64,000 nucleotides of DNA. It comes from Massalongia carnosa (lineage: Eukaryota). Positions 36,162 through 48,871 of the stretch are shown here, in pieces. A model generated the notes under the pieces. That model did no database searches. It was not told the DNA's origin and worked only from the letters and a program-made list of their open reading frames with translations. A program made the translations under genes and the position numbers. The stretch's first letter is position 1. Each line of letters begins with the position of its first letter. The stretch spans positions 2,170,001 through 2,234,000 of the forward strand of contig OZ287073.1 of assembly GCA_965645245.1 (NCBI GenBank), given 5' to 3'.

Positions 36162-39100
36162 TTAATCAATATTCCAATCGATGCTCGGGGTTGTATACGA
36201 TTTCTGGGATACGAACTGATTAGATAGCGACTTCCAAACCGTCGGGGCAATACTATCGTCTTTCTTTCCCGTCACGTGGCTCTCCTCGTCCAACTTGGCT
36301 AGTAGTTTCGCATAATGCCGCGCACAGGATCTTGTGGTGGGGTGGTTGACTCCGATTTCCTTCTCGTAACCAGCACAGGCCCGCTCGTAGAGGGGGATTG
36401 CGTCGTTGTACTCCTTGCGGATGTGCAGAGAGTTAGCGATGTGGTAGACACTGGTCAATGTATCCACATGATATGGTCCTAAAGTCTTTTCGTAGCCCTC
36501 TAATGCTCTGCCGTGCATCACGTCCGCCTCCTTGTATTTTTGTTGACGGGTTAAAATGCCAGCGAGATTGCTGACGCTAGCTAAGGTGTCAGGGTGCTCT
36601 GGGCCGAGCGCTTCTCTTCCCTTCAGCGCTTGACGATGCAATTCCTCGGCCGCCTCGTATTTGCCTTGTTTCTGTAACAATTCTGCGAAATTACTCATGC
36701 TCGTCAAGGTGTATGGATGGTGTGGCCCATGACTTTCTCTGTATCGAGCCAACACCTCTTGGTTCATCATCTCGGCTTCCTTCCACTTACACTGCGTTTG
36801 GTACAATCCAGCCAGATTACTTGCACTCCTTAGTGTGGATGGATGATGGATTCCTAATGTTACCTTCTGACACTCCCATGATCTTTGCCACAGCTCCTTA
36901 GCTTCCTCATAATAGCCTTGGCGGTATAGTACGTCCGCTAGGTTGCTTGCACTCGTAAGTGTATCAGGATGCTGTAGTCCCAACACTCGTTCTCTCCCTT
37001 GCAATACCTCCAAGTTCATCCCCCGAGCTGCCTTGAATTTCCCCAGATGCTGTAGCACGGAAGCTAATTTGCTCTTGCTTGTCAATGTGTCTGGATGCTG
37101 AGCTCCTAGTGCCTGCTTTCTACCTTCTAGTGCTTGGCAAATAAGCAGTTCCGCTTTATCGTGCTTGCCCTGGAACTCTAAGACTGACGCAAGATCATCA
37201 ATACTCGTTAATGTATCGGGATGTAGTGGTCCCAGAACCTTTTGTCTCCCCTCTAATGCTTTTCGGTTCAGTTTCTCAGCTTCCTCATATTGCGCTCGAC
37301 TCCGTAGCACATTCGCCAGATTATTAATGCTCATTAAATTATCGGCGGATAGAGGTCCCAACCTCTCTCGTCCTTCCAGCGCGTACCGATTCATCTTTTC
37401 CGCCTCCTCATATCTGCCTTGGCTGTGTAGCACCAATGCTAGGTGACTGACACTCGTCAGCGTATCCGGATCTTCCATCCCTAACACAAGTTTTCTTCCG
37501 TCCAATGCTCGTCGGCTAATTAGCTCGGCCTCTCTATCCTTGCCTTGACACTCGAGTACAATCGCCAGGCTATTCAAACTCGATAGCGTGTCCCGATCCC
37601 TTGGCCCCAAAACTGCCTCTCTCAACGTTAGGTCACGACGAGCGAAGAATTCCGCAGCACTGTAATCGCCACTGCTTCGGAGACACCAAGCAACGTTGTA
37701 AAGTAAGGTCCATTGTTCCTTGTCATGTCCATTAGGCAGATATGAGGAAGCTAGTATATAGCGTGCATGAGGTAGATATAATGTCCATTTTTCCTTGTTC
37801 TCATGATTACCCTTCGGGAAGATCTCCGCTAGCCAATCAAGGGTTTTACCCGACCAGATTGTCAATTGATCACCGTGTTTCGGATCGAGTTTTAACCAAT
37901 TGCGCGTGGCCAAATGTACCAGTCGATGTACATCGTAAGAATCAATTCCGTCGTGTAAGGTGGTTCTTAAAGTGATAAAGGAAAATGCTTTCAAAGTCCC
38001 CAAAGCCTTGTTCATTCGGAGTGTTTGATGCACGGGAAGGATGGAAGCTGGAATGTCTCGTTGATTGACACATGACATGAATGCTAGATACTCGGCAGCT
38101 AGCGGATCCTCGTGTCTGATTTGATTAAAAGATATTAGCCAGGTAGCTGCTACCGGGTTTTTGGTACTCTCATATCTAGCCTGAGCTTTAAAATTTTCAC
38201 TAAGAATGTCAATCATGTTCTCCTCGCTCTCTTTGTAGAGGGCGATGTATCGAGATATTGCTATTCTGTTCTTGTTTATATAAGCTGCGGCTTGTGCAAT
38301 GGCAAGTGGTAGGCAGGTGAGCAGGTCGAGGAGTTCAGCTGGAGCCTCAATATCATCCATCAAATCTTTCATCACTAAGTTGACTTTCAAGAGAGTCTTG
38401 GCATCGTCTATACTCATCTTCTCAACCGCGATCACATTATCTCCGGCCTGGTCTCCAACCAGGTCGATAGCAACGCCCATTGTACGAGTCGTAAAGATTA
38501 TTGATCCCTGGCTATTTTCTGGAAGATACTGATCTAAATGGAACGAATAATTTTGATCATCTTTAGAGAAAATCTTGACATCGTCAGCATTGTCTACTAC
38601 CATGAGCCATTTTTTTTGACTCTCCCGACTTAGCTCATCTTTGACCAATTTCTTGACGTCTGCCTTCTGGTCATTGATACTAGGTATCTGTAGGGTTTGG
38701 CCGATTTTCAGATAGGCTTGTTCGAAGGCGGAAGAGTCATTCGCGGGCACCCAGAAGACTAGTAAATCTGAAGAACGCTCTTTGATCCGATAGGTAGTTT
38801 CCAAGGCAATCTGCGTCTTACCTACACCTCCGAGACCCACAATGGCAATACGCTGGAACTGGCCTTCCGTTTGGATTTTTCGGCTGAGCTGCTCAAGCTG
38901 CGAATTGCGACCGACAAAGTTTTTGTTCCTTGCGAAAGGCAGAGGTAAATGCAACTTTGGCATGTCTGCGTTTAGATTAGCCGTATCATCGTGACCTAAG
39001 CTTGCTCAGTCGTACCTTTCCGTGCCTCGATGTGACGATGATAAACCTACAGATTGTTAGATTAGGTGCTTCAAGGAAATCGCATAACCCCCGAAATATA

Positions 39101-40531
39101 GGTCAATGCTAGACTTAGACAATAGTTTGCTTGAAAGATGCCTTCAGTGAATTACAGAAGAAATAATGTCACTTTGATCTCCCACAAGCGGGAGTCTCTG
39201 CATAGTAAACGACGAACTTTCATTCTATTCTCAAATTTAGAACATGCACTGTCGTTAAGAGTCAGCCCACCGTACGCCTCTGCGCCATGTTTTAGGACCA
39301 GTCTTCCACTAACAAACTTCGCTTCTGTTTCAAAGTCAAAGTGCAATTGCGTACACGGTGTTTCTGTTCTTGCGAGACCAAATAACGATCTGTAGCGGCC
39401 CTAATGGCGCCTTCCTCCTTATGCTCGGATAAGCCTACGTTTTGAAGTCCCTGTTGAACATTGAAGCGAAAGTAGCGACCCTCGGAAAACAAGCCTCTGT
39501 ACTGCGATATGAACTGTTCAGCCGTTCGCTCGCTATCAGTGACAATTTCAACCAGGGTTTTTGACAGGAACTGCATAGCTCCATCATTGATAGGCGTCAC
39601 TCCTGGATCACCCGTGCCTATAGACACAATACACTTGATCAACGGCTTCAGTTCACCGCTCTCCGGTGACCAGATGTTCATGGCCTCATTCCACACCTCA
39701 ATAATCGGATTGTTCGCTCCTAGCGCGCCGTCAGCGTACATGCGAGTTCCAATTTTGACAGGATCGAAGAAGGAAGTTGCAGCGGATGTTGCCAAGGCTG
39801 CTTCCCAAATTGTGGCACCATGGTCGTCAAGTTCGTCGGCGACCTTGTAGCTCTTCAGCCGAGCAATTTCTTTGGTTTCATACGCTGTTGCGCATACGAA
39901 GCTGTACTTCTCTTAGTACGAGTATCATGCTAAACCACACAAATTGCTCACACTCTGCAGCCTCGGTCCTTCCCATCATTCAATAGTTCGGATGTGTTTA
40001 GATCTCGAGCCTCAATGGTTTGTTTGATAGCATTCTCAAGGACTTTAGAGTCAAAGCGTCCTTTGATTTTTCCCTTGAAGTTGAATGGGAGAGAAGACTT
40101 CTCGAACACGGTTTTCAACAATCGTGTGTATTCTGTGATGCATTCATCGACATCCATCTCGAGTCGTCCAAGCATGATTGCAATTAGACTGATAGCTGAT
40201 TAACAATAAGTCCCATGGTTGAGATGGAGATGACTACCCTCCAGTACTTGTGCCACCAATTAGGTCGAATATTTCGCACGGCTTGGCTTTTGGTAAACCT
40301 ATCTCCCGTCGCTCGTCGTTCAGCTTTGTCATGAGACCCTTCAAGATCCGCAACGACGAGAGACCCCGAACTCCTCCGCCATCTGTATCATTCCAGAAGT
40401 CAGAATACTAACAGTCAACACGATCCATCATCTATCCACGAACCTAACGAGAGCAAGCAAAGCCCAGTTTCATCAAGTGGATTCGAACCCACTCCGAGTG
40501 TTTGAGCTGTGGTCGGGATAGACTGCATCAT
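36162..40531 (-). CDS. Patatin-like phospholipase / NB-ARC / TPR NLR-type protein (PLP-1-like architecture), 7 predicted exons, 1307 aa
   Basis: Exons 40531-40444, 40382-40238, 40188-39952, 39901-39314, 39248-39218, 39046-39016 and 38965-36162 total 3924 nt in one frame. Patatin DGGGVRG, GTSTG, DGA. Walker A GLGGVGKT, Walker B LMVVDNAD, IIFTTR, LPLAIAQ, VHRLVH. About 11 TPRs with HPDTL-type motifs. The domains are secure; their fusion is a splice prediction. Confidence 0.85.
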
Positions 40532-40862
40532 TACAAGAGGCGACACCGATACAAGTTAGTGATCTCAAAAGAATTGACAACCAAGACGTGAGATAGCCGA
40601 GAGGCTGACAGAGGTCGACATCGCGAATTCAGCCGCAGAACCAGCGTCGTCTGGTGGGCGAGTACTCAGGACTCGGTACGGAGTAGCGACGTCCACTAAG
40701 GCGTGGTATTGCGACAGCCTTTCGGCGCAGAAAGCAATACCGAGTATCATAATACGATACTCGGGTTGTATCCGTAAGAAAACACTGCACAGAATGCAAA
40801 CAACAAGACCACGTAAACGTAAACTGTTTCAATTGATGATGATTACGATGATTACTACCCAT

Positions 40863-41132
40863 CTAAGGGCTTCGAGGTAGGCCCCTTATAACGATTGGCG
40901 GGACTTCTTCTCGTCCGAGGCGTGGGGGTATAACGGCTTGCTGATGTCCAACGAAATCTGGTCGTCGTCTTCCTTGCCGTATGTCATATATTCCGAGTTC
41001 CGATTCGCTTCCGAGGGAAGCTTGACCTCCCGTAGCACTTTTCTGCAATCGGAAGATAGCATAGGCAACAACCGATATGAAGGCAAAGAGAACAACAAGA
41101 ATGATAGCGATAATAGCGTTTTGTTGAACCAT
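40863..41132 (-). CDS. Small single-pass membrane protein (89 aa), function unknown
   Basis: MVQQNAIIAIILVVLFAFISVVAYAIFRLQK: N-terminal hydrophobic helix followed by a basic stop-transfer segment, in non-repeat sequence. Confidence 0.55.
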   Translation of the reverse strand: MVQQNAIIAIILVVLFAFISVVAYAIFRLQKSATGGQASLGSESELGIYDIRQGRRRPDFVGHQQAVIPPRLGREEVPPIVIRGLPRSP

Positions 41133-41907
41133 TGTGCCCAAGAGCTTTTTCAAACGATAAAACGAGCACGAAGTGTAGATTGATCAAATTAATAAGTTAG
41201 AAGTATATATACAAAGGAAAGCGCGCAAAAGTCTTAATTAACGGTAATTTATACGACTAAAAAGAATAAATTCAATTTAATAATGTACCGAATTATTTGA
41301 CAGACAAAACCCTAGTCTTATGGGTCAATTGATCGCCCGGAGGTCATTTGGGACAGGGTTCTATGGGCTAACGTAACCCACCACTAGTTCGTCACCCACC
41401 ACTACTTTAAACACCAGAATTGCTTCATTTACCTTGCTGTCGCCAGCTGCAACGTCGTCGATATGAATAACTTCATGAATCTAACTAAAGGCGCCTCTTA
41501 TTCAGCCATTAATCTAACCCCGGACCGAAGGAATTGCTTCAATTGGCCGCCCAGAGCCCAAACCAACCACCCTTTTTGATCCGACTTCCCCATGCCTTCC
41601 GAGTCTCCCCAGGCGAAAAATCTCTTCGTAATAGCTTCATGATCGACAGTATTAATTATAGTGAGATGACGGGTGTGATTTTGAATGAAAGTAGTTCGAT
41701 TAGCTACAAACAAGATCAAAATCAAAGGGGTTAGAATTATCAGAGGCCCAGCAGAAATCATCAGAGGCCCAAATGAACATAAAAGCTCCTTTTTCATCGG
41801 ATATTTCTCCCAATCTTCGTTGTCTTTTGTATGTAAAATAGTCGTATAATTGTCGAATTTCTGGACAATCTTCCATCTTTTTCCTGCCTCTTCAAAGACC
41901 TTTCGAC

Positions 41908-44389
41908 ATGGCCAGTTCAATTGAAAAATTCCCATCCAGCGCGCGCCCTTCCATCTCTTCCAATCAGGAGAACGTACAGGTTCCATGCTCTGATCTTGTC
42001 GAGGTCTCCGAGACTCCCGATACCAGTCATCATCCATTGTTTTATTCTTCCCCCCCCCTCCCGCAACGTTCAGTCAATCCGGTGTTTCAGGCCGTCGCCA
42101 TCCGACGACAGTTCGAAGAGCTTGTCGAAGAACCTTTTGTAGATGGCATATCTGGAAAGGAGTGGAGAGAGCGAGTGCATCGACAATTGAACACGGAGCT
42201 CGAGGCCGCTTTGAAGGATAATGACCCCGACAAGGAGCTTGATCTACTGCGTCAACTGGCATATTGTCAGGTCTTAGAACGGGAGGGCTATTGGACAGGT
42301 CTCGGACGCGTACCGGACATGACCATGGACCATGTGCGCAAAGAAATTCGCGGAGAAGTGAAAGAACGGTTGGAGGATTTTTATGCATCATCGCCCTCTC
42401 CACCTCGCATGAACTCGGTATGTTCTTCCCTGTCTTCCTCGCCCATGTCATCGCCTTTGGCCAGGCGGGTGATTGCGCCGCTTTCCAGAGGAGATCGTGT
42501 AGGTTTAGCTGTCATAGCTGCAAAGAGCAAAAGAAAAACAGCGAACGAAGTCGCTCTTATTTACGGGGTCAACAGGGGAACTGTGGCCCGTCGAATGAAA
42601 GGAAGTCGAAATGCCGCGGAGTATGGTCTGACTCGTCGCCTTTTGGATGACAGCGAGGAGCAATCCATTCTTAATTACATTGATTCGAGCGCTGCTTTGG
42701 GTTTTCCCGCTCGCTTTGATATGGTTCGTGAAAAGGCCATGAAGTTGTTGAGACTTCGCGTTGATTCTCCTGCACCTTTGGGAATTAATTGGACGAAGCG
42801 CTTTCTTGATCGATATCCGGACTATCGTTCTCGATTTCCTCGTCACTTGGATCAGGAACGACACTGGAACACTGATCGCAAAGTGTTCGAGGATTGGTTC
42901 TCGCTTGTTCGAAGAACAATGGACAAGTATGGCATTGCGACAGGTGATGTTTATAACATGGATGAAAAGGGACATCTGATGGGAGTTGCGGGAAATATTC
43001 GGTAAGTGATCATATTTTCAGCTAAGTCACTTTCAGTTAGAAAATATCTGAGACTAGATGTTTTACGATTAACAAGCTTGAGCGGGGCTACATTTCAGAT
43101 CATCGATTGGTTGAAAATTTAATATTGATTTAAAGTTTTAAGCCTCATCGTTTAAGGTTTGATGTTTACGCTGAAATATTTAGTTCTATTATTTTGTAGA
43201 AAGGTCATCGTGCGACGATGCGACAAAAACGCCTTTTCCGTTCATTCTGGAGACAGGAAATGGAGCACCTGCATAGAGTTCGTTTCTACTCGAGGATGCG
43301 TGTTCAAGCCCATGATTATCTTCGAAGGTAAACGAATAGTAAAAGCCTGGAAGGGGGAATTTCCCGAGGCAACCTTTGCCGTTAGCAAGAATGGCTGGAC
43401 TGACAACAGTCATGGACTGACCTGGGTGAGAGAGTGTTTCAATCCTCAGACAGTTCATTTGGGACGCCGACGACTTCTTCTGATTGACGGGCATGCGTCT
43501 CATGTCTCTGTTGATTTTATCGAGTACTGCTGGTCAGTGGATATAGTTCCGCTTTGTCTTCCACCTCATACTACTCATTTTCTACAGCCTTTGGACGTAG
43601 GATGTTTCGGACCTCTGGACAAAGCATACAAAAAACAGCTGGTGGAGCGAAATAAATTCGGAGAGGTGTACGTGAATAAATTGGACTATCTGAAGTTTCT
43701 AAAGAGGGCAAGGGAAAAGGTCATGACTTCCGATGTAATCATGTCAGCTTGGGCTGCAACTGGTGAGTAAAAGTAACATTCTTTTCTTAATGTTTTGCTA
43801 ACAAGTTCAGGTATTTATCCTTTTGACCCGCAGCGAGTAATTGAGAAATTACCTCAATTTCTTCAATCGGTTCCTTCGGCCCCTTCGAGTTCAATCGTAT
43901 TTCCCTTGACCTCCACCTCCACCTCCACCTCCATCAACAGTTCATTTTCGAACAATTCTTTCGATAGAACTCCTTCTAAAAAGCGCGATTACTCTGCTAT
44001 GTTGAACTCATTAGAAATGTTCATACCTAAATCACATCAAGACCGGCTTCGGCGTCTCAAAATAGCAACTGCTATCGCCTTCGCAGATCGAACACTTCTT
44101 CAAGACTCTACTCAGTCATTATTCAAAGCGAACCTGGCCAAGGAGGAGAGAAAGAAAAAGAGAAAAGAGGCAGGGGAAAGGGCTACTTATGGTAGCGCTT
44201 TCGGACGTGTTCTCACCGAGGCTCAGGCCGAGGCATATCGCATAGAAGAGGAGGAGAAAGCAGAGGTCACTCGTCTGAGAAAGGAGGCCGTTGAGACTAG
44301 AAAGGTGAACGCTGCTGAAAAGAAGAAGGAGGCTGAAAGAAAGAAAGATGAGATGATCAAACGATTGGCCGCTCAGGCTGAGAAGAAAG
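41908..44389 (+). CDS. pogo transposase with two introns, open up to the assembly gap
   Basis: Exons 41908-43001, 43200-43762 and 43811-gap join in frame (GTAAGT..TAG, GTGAGT..CAG). YNMDEKG, LLIDGHASH, FLQPLDVG. Confidence 0.8.
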
Positions 44390-44589
44390 NNNNNNNNNNN
44401 NNNNNNNNNNNNNNNNNNNNNNNNNNNNNNNNNNNNNNNNNNNNNNNNNNNNNNNNNNNNNNNNNNNNNNNNNNNNNNNNNNNNNNNNNNNNNNNNNNNN
44501 NNNNNNNNNNNNNNNNNNNNNNNNNNNNNNNNNNNNNNNNNNNNNNNNNNNNNNNNNNNNNNNNNNNNNNNNNNNNNNNNNNNNNNNNN
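44390..44589. other. Assembly gap (200 N)
   Basis: Run of N. Confidence 1.
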
Positions 44590-45026
44590 TGGAGTTTACC
44601 TGGGATTCCACCCAAACAAAATTGAATTTTGTATGGGATTCGCCTACCCCGCAAGCTCGTTCTTTGGAAGCATCTCCGAGTCTTTACGGGTCGAGTTTGA
44701 ACGCGCCTTATTTTATCAGGCCGGTGGTGAGGGAGGGAAGTCCTGATTTATGAAGACATAAATCTTGAGAGTTGAAGTTCGACGACGAGGTTTTTCGGAT
44801 GGTAATGGAAGGGGGGTGGGGGGTGTAATTACTCTCGGGTGATGATCAGACTGTTTTCGAGTGACGAGGCTATTCAGATTTATTTAATTCATCATTATTG
44901 TCGCTGTCATTGATGATGACGATGAGGGTATTTAGATATTCTGTTGTTTAAAGTAGTGGTGGGTGACGAACTAGTGGTGGGTTACGTTATCCCTCTCGCT
45001 GGTGAATTGGCAACCCTCCAGCTCTA

Positions 45027-45128
45027 ATCGTCGGCTCGCTTACCTCCGGGATCCGACTTGAAAAAATGTCTTTAAAATGCGGTCGACATTTTTTCAAGTC
45101 GGATCCCGGAGGTAAGCGAGCCGACGAT
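45027..45128. mobile_element. 102-bp MITE (44-bp perfect TIRs, TA TSD)
   Basis: ATCGTCGGCTCGCTTACCTCCGGGATCCGACTTGAAAAAATGTC, a 14-bp spacer, then the reverse complement. The TIR tip resembles that of the 1575-4430 element. Confidence 0.92.
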
Positions 45129-45617
45129 TAGCTTGCCTCAGTCAGACGTGCGTGGCTCTATGAGCCGGCTAAGCCCCTCCGGGTTAGCCTATTTCTCTAA
45201 GCCCCTTCGGGTTAGCGTCGCTGCTGACTAACATCAGTGCGATAGCACGTCTGAGCGCAAAACTCAAAATTACAGCCAGATCCGCGTAATAAAAATTTTA
45301 GCAGTGCAACCTTTCCTTTTATGGATATAATACAATGATTAGAGTCGTATTAGTTTACCAGAGACTGTATTTAATACCAAAAACGCACCTCTCAAGATGG
45401 ATAATCATGTGTTATAACCACTATCAGGCTATTAAAGCGATGTGAGAGTCGATTAAGTGATAAATTGCTCGCTTTCGCTCAATTTTGAGGTTGATAAACT
45501 GATTATTTTCATGTAGCGCGATTACATTGAGTTACAAAGATCATGATGATATGAATAATGACGGCCAATCAATGATATTGTATGATTTATCTAGATTGAA
45601 GCTATCTGACGAAAGCC

Positions 45618-48266
45618 ATGGCTCTTGACCTACGGACAAGTCCCTTGACTCCCGCCGGTGCGCTCAAGCGGCCCCACCCATCGCCGTCAGGCAGTAATGA
45701 TAGCTCACCCTCTTCCTCCTCCCTTCCTGCCTTACCTGAAAAAAATGAAGGCGCGAAACGCCACCGCCGGCGCATATCAGATTACGACAAGCTGGTTGAG
45801 GTGCTTAAATTTCTGAGCTCTCTAAATTGGTCGGTAAAAGATTTTTTATCAACACTTTGTAAGAATCGAGCCCGTCATAGTATGCGAAAGGCGCAAGGCC
45901 AGCTCTTCGATTTTGTCTATGTCGATATTGTGCGGCAAGAAGACTTTTCAAGCCTCATTGGGCCTGGTAGAATATCCACTATCCTTCGCGAGAGAGGATG
46001 GGTTTGGGCCGCGGATGCGCTTCGTGAAGAAATCAAAGCTTTGGCAGATCACGCAGCCTTTGGCCCTTTCCAGCCGCCCTCTGCGACAGTCGAGTTTGGG
46101 ACCTTGGAGGCTATTAAACTTGCTGCATCTGCCGCCAAGCAGTTGGCGCCACGATGGCTTGAGCTAATTGATGGTGTTTGTCGCGAGGCTCGCCCGCAGG
46201 AACCTCTCGATGTGACGTTGGATTCTCCAGCGGCCGGCACACCATTATATTGGCAATGCTTTGTCACAAATTGCGACCTAATAAGGCGACTAATATTCAG
46301 TCCGTCTTAGGCCTTTATATTTATCAAGGTGGGGCGAGGCGGCGAGTTCTAGATACACTCTGTCATTTTGACCTGACGATGTCATATACTACCCTGCAGC
46401 GGCGCATGTTATCCTTGATTAAGGAGGCCGAACGAAAGGTTCAGATGCTAGGACAAGGCTCAAACATGAACTTGACATACGATAACTTTGACTTCGCAGA
46501 AGGTAAACGAGGAGAGCGCACGGGAGATAATAGAGACGTCAGATCAATCACTACCGCTCTAATTTTCCAGGGGCAAGGATTCGATGCCGGCGCTTTGAGG
46601 CAGGATATGTGGCGCCCCGCCACGCATCTTTTATCAGCTGAAAGAATCGCGCGAAAGCTGGAGACTGGTGATCTCGAGATGCGGGTGAGTTCAATACAGG
46701 ACGAGATGTATATACCGCGCTCAACCGCTAATGCACCGCGCACCTAGATTCGTCTTCATCATCTAGAGTCAGCGATTCGAGCGCTTTATGGCCCAGAGAT
46801 CGGCGACGTTCAACTTCCTGGTCGACTGCAATGCCCGTGCTGAATAAGATGAAAAAATACAAGACCAATTACATTCCTATCAAACCAGTCATGAAGGATG
46901 AGAGCACAACATCTAATAATATTCAAATATTGGAGGATATATTTGTGCGACAGTTCAAGTTCAGGAGGATGACTCGACGTTTGCGAGCGTCATTCGGCTT
47001 ATCTATGGTGACCTCAAGACATGGTCGAGAATGCAATCTGTCAAGGAATTACGTCGTGGGATATCGGAGCAATCTTTCGATCGGTTCGACTGGATTTTAC
47101 CGGGATTAGGGTTATGGCATCTTCGCTTTAACATGCTGCAGCTTATTCATAAAATACATTGGGGAGAGGCCCAGCTGGTTGATCCTTCGACTCTTCAATA
47201 TGCCGCCGATCGGTGGGGTCGCGCTCGTGTCGTGCAGCCGAACGATTTCCAGGCCTTAGAGGATCTGATCATTCAGAGCTATCAAGCTAGAATCGTTGGG
47301 ACGTGGATTAGGTTTTTACGAAAGGATGGATATGCTCCGCAGCGAATCGAAGCAACTATTTCGTGGCTCACAGCGCAGACTTGCGGGCAGGATGGTACTT
47401 GGACGAATATGTTGGGCAGGATATCTCGCAAACTTCAAGCGGAATTACCCTCAACGTCAATAGATATGCTTCCTCCAACGCTTGATCAACAATTTCAGAA
47501 TCATCAGAACTTCTGTGATCACGTTGAATCGTATCTAACACTTCGATACGCAATCAAATATGCGGATATTGGACTACTTCGTCACGCATTGCGCCACGCA
47601 ACAGTGATCTTTCAGGCAAGCGTAGCTGGCACCCCGAAATATGCGCAAGCTCTTCTATACACCCTTCATGCGATTGATTCTTCCGCAGCGACCATAAGGC
47701 TACAGGAAAATATTTTAATGAATAGTCTTGTCAATTTACGCGGTGACGAAGAGTCGAGTTTTGAGACTGATCGGCTTTTAGAGATACTAAACAATAACCT
47801 CAAGACGTTCCAACACGAGCGATCTTATTTTTCAAAGTATAGTGACACCTTGCTCGAGAACTGGGCACTCAACGGTCCATATCTTATGAAGCTCAAAGAA
47901 ATCGTTGAGTTTTACTTTGGAAGAGTCAACTCTTCAAGGCATCCAGCAAAATCGGCCGCGGAGGATGTGTGGGGCATGGCTACGGCACTAGCGCATAAAT
48001 CACTCTGTAAAAGAAGCTATGATCGATTTTCAACTAATCCAACCGCTAATCTTTATGTTGAGGGATTGAAGAAACTTGGAGAAAATGTATTAAAATACAA
48101 TCAGCAGTATCTTTCCGAAGAAATTTCAAAAGAAATTTCAACAGACGACCTTGAGGGTAAGTATGAAGCCGAGCCCGATTTTGTCAATGAAACAAAGCAG
48201 GTCCCCGACAGCCCTGTCATTTCAATGGCCCGTCTCGAGATATCTGGCGGTATGTTTTTTGATTAA
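45618..48266 (+). pseudogene. DUF6589-like / Academ-type transposase with about three frameshifts and one intron
   Basis: TYDNFDF, IYGDLKT, PGLGLWHLRFN, LRYAIKYADIG, FETDRLLEILN. Intron 46685-46747. Shifts near 46230, 46820 and 46960. Confidence 0.75.
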
Positions 48267-48871
48267 ATCATCGATACCACGAGATAGCCTAGTCATGTAA
48301 ATCCGCGCCGCGCGGCTTTACAGAGTCAGAGGTAGCGGACGGGGCACTTTCTTTCTTGTCTAGATCGTGTCGGAAGAAGGGCCATGGGTACATTCAGCGA
48401 CAACGCTTCCATAGGATCTCGAGGCGCTTTTTTGGTCTTTGATGCCTTCATCGATGATTTAAGAGCATCAACATTGTCAACAACGAGCGCCGCATCGGAG
48501 ATATTGTGATTAGGCGCAGGATTCTCGCCCGATGGCTCCGTGCTCTCGCTTTCCTTCGAGACTTTCTTCTTGACCGCATTTCGCTTTTTAAAAACCTTTC
48601 TCGACATATATCCTTGTTTGATCATCCAGTTTTTCCTCCGTTCCTCAAATTCAATACTGGCGGAGTTGCATGTTAGGCTGGGTAATCGTTTTCGCTTTAT
48701 GTCGTTGTGTCGTTTCCATTCATCGAACATACTCGTATTCACCCCCATTTGCAACACACCCCCATTTGCAACACACCCCCATTTGCAACACGCTAGTTTG
48801 TAAGCACCCGCATTAAAGTCCGCTAACTCCGGTATATCAAATTTTTTTCATTTCTATCTGCATTGTCAACT

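Larger units (their letters stand above)
41371..44987 (+). mobile_element. pogo/Fot1-like DNA transposon with an intron-containing transposase
   Basis: TIR ACGTAACCCACCACTAGTTCGTCACCCACCACTACTTTAAACA. TA at 41369-41370 and 44988-44989. Spans an N gap. Confidence 0.93.

Noticed and set aside
41498..42037. 179-aa minus-strand ORF in the pogo 5' region as cargo
   Set aside because: No recognisable motif, and it overlaps the transposase antisense. Cannot be supported.
48740..48792. Tandem ACCCCCATTTGCAACAC units resembling a CRISPR or iteron array
   Set aside because: No spacers, eukaryotic context, and mirrored in the opposite TIR. They are likely transposase binding sites.
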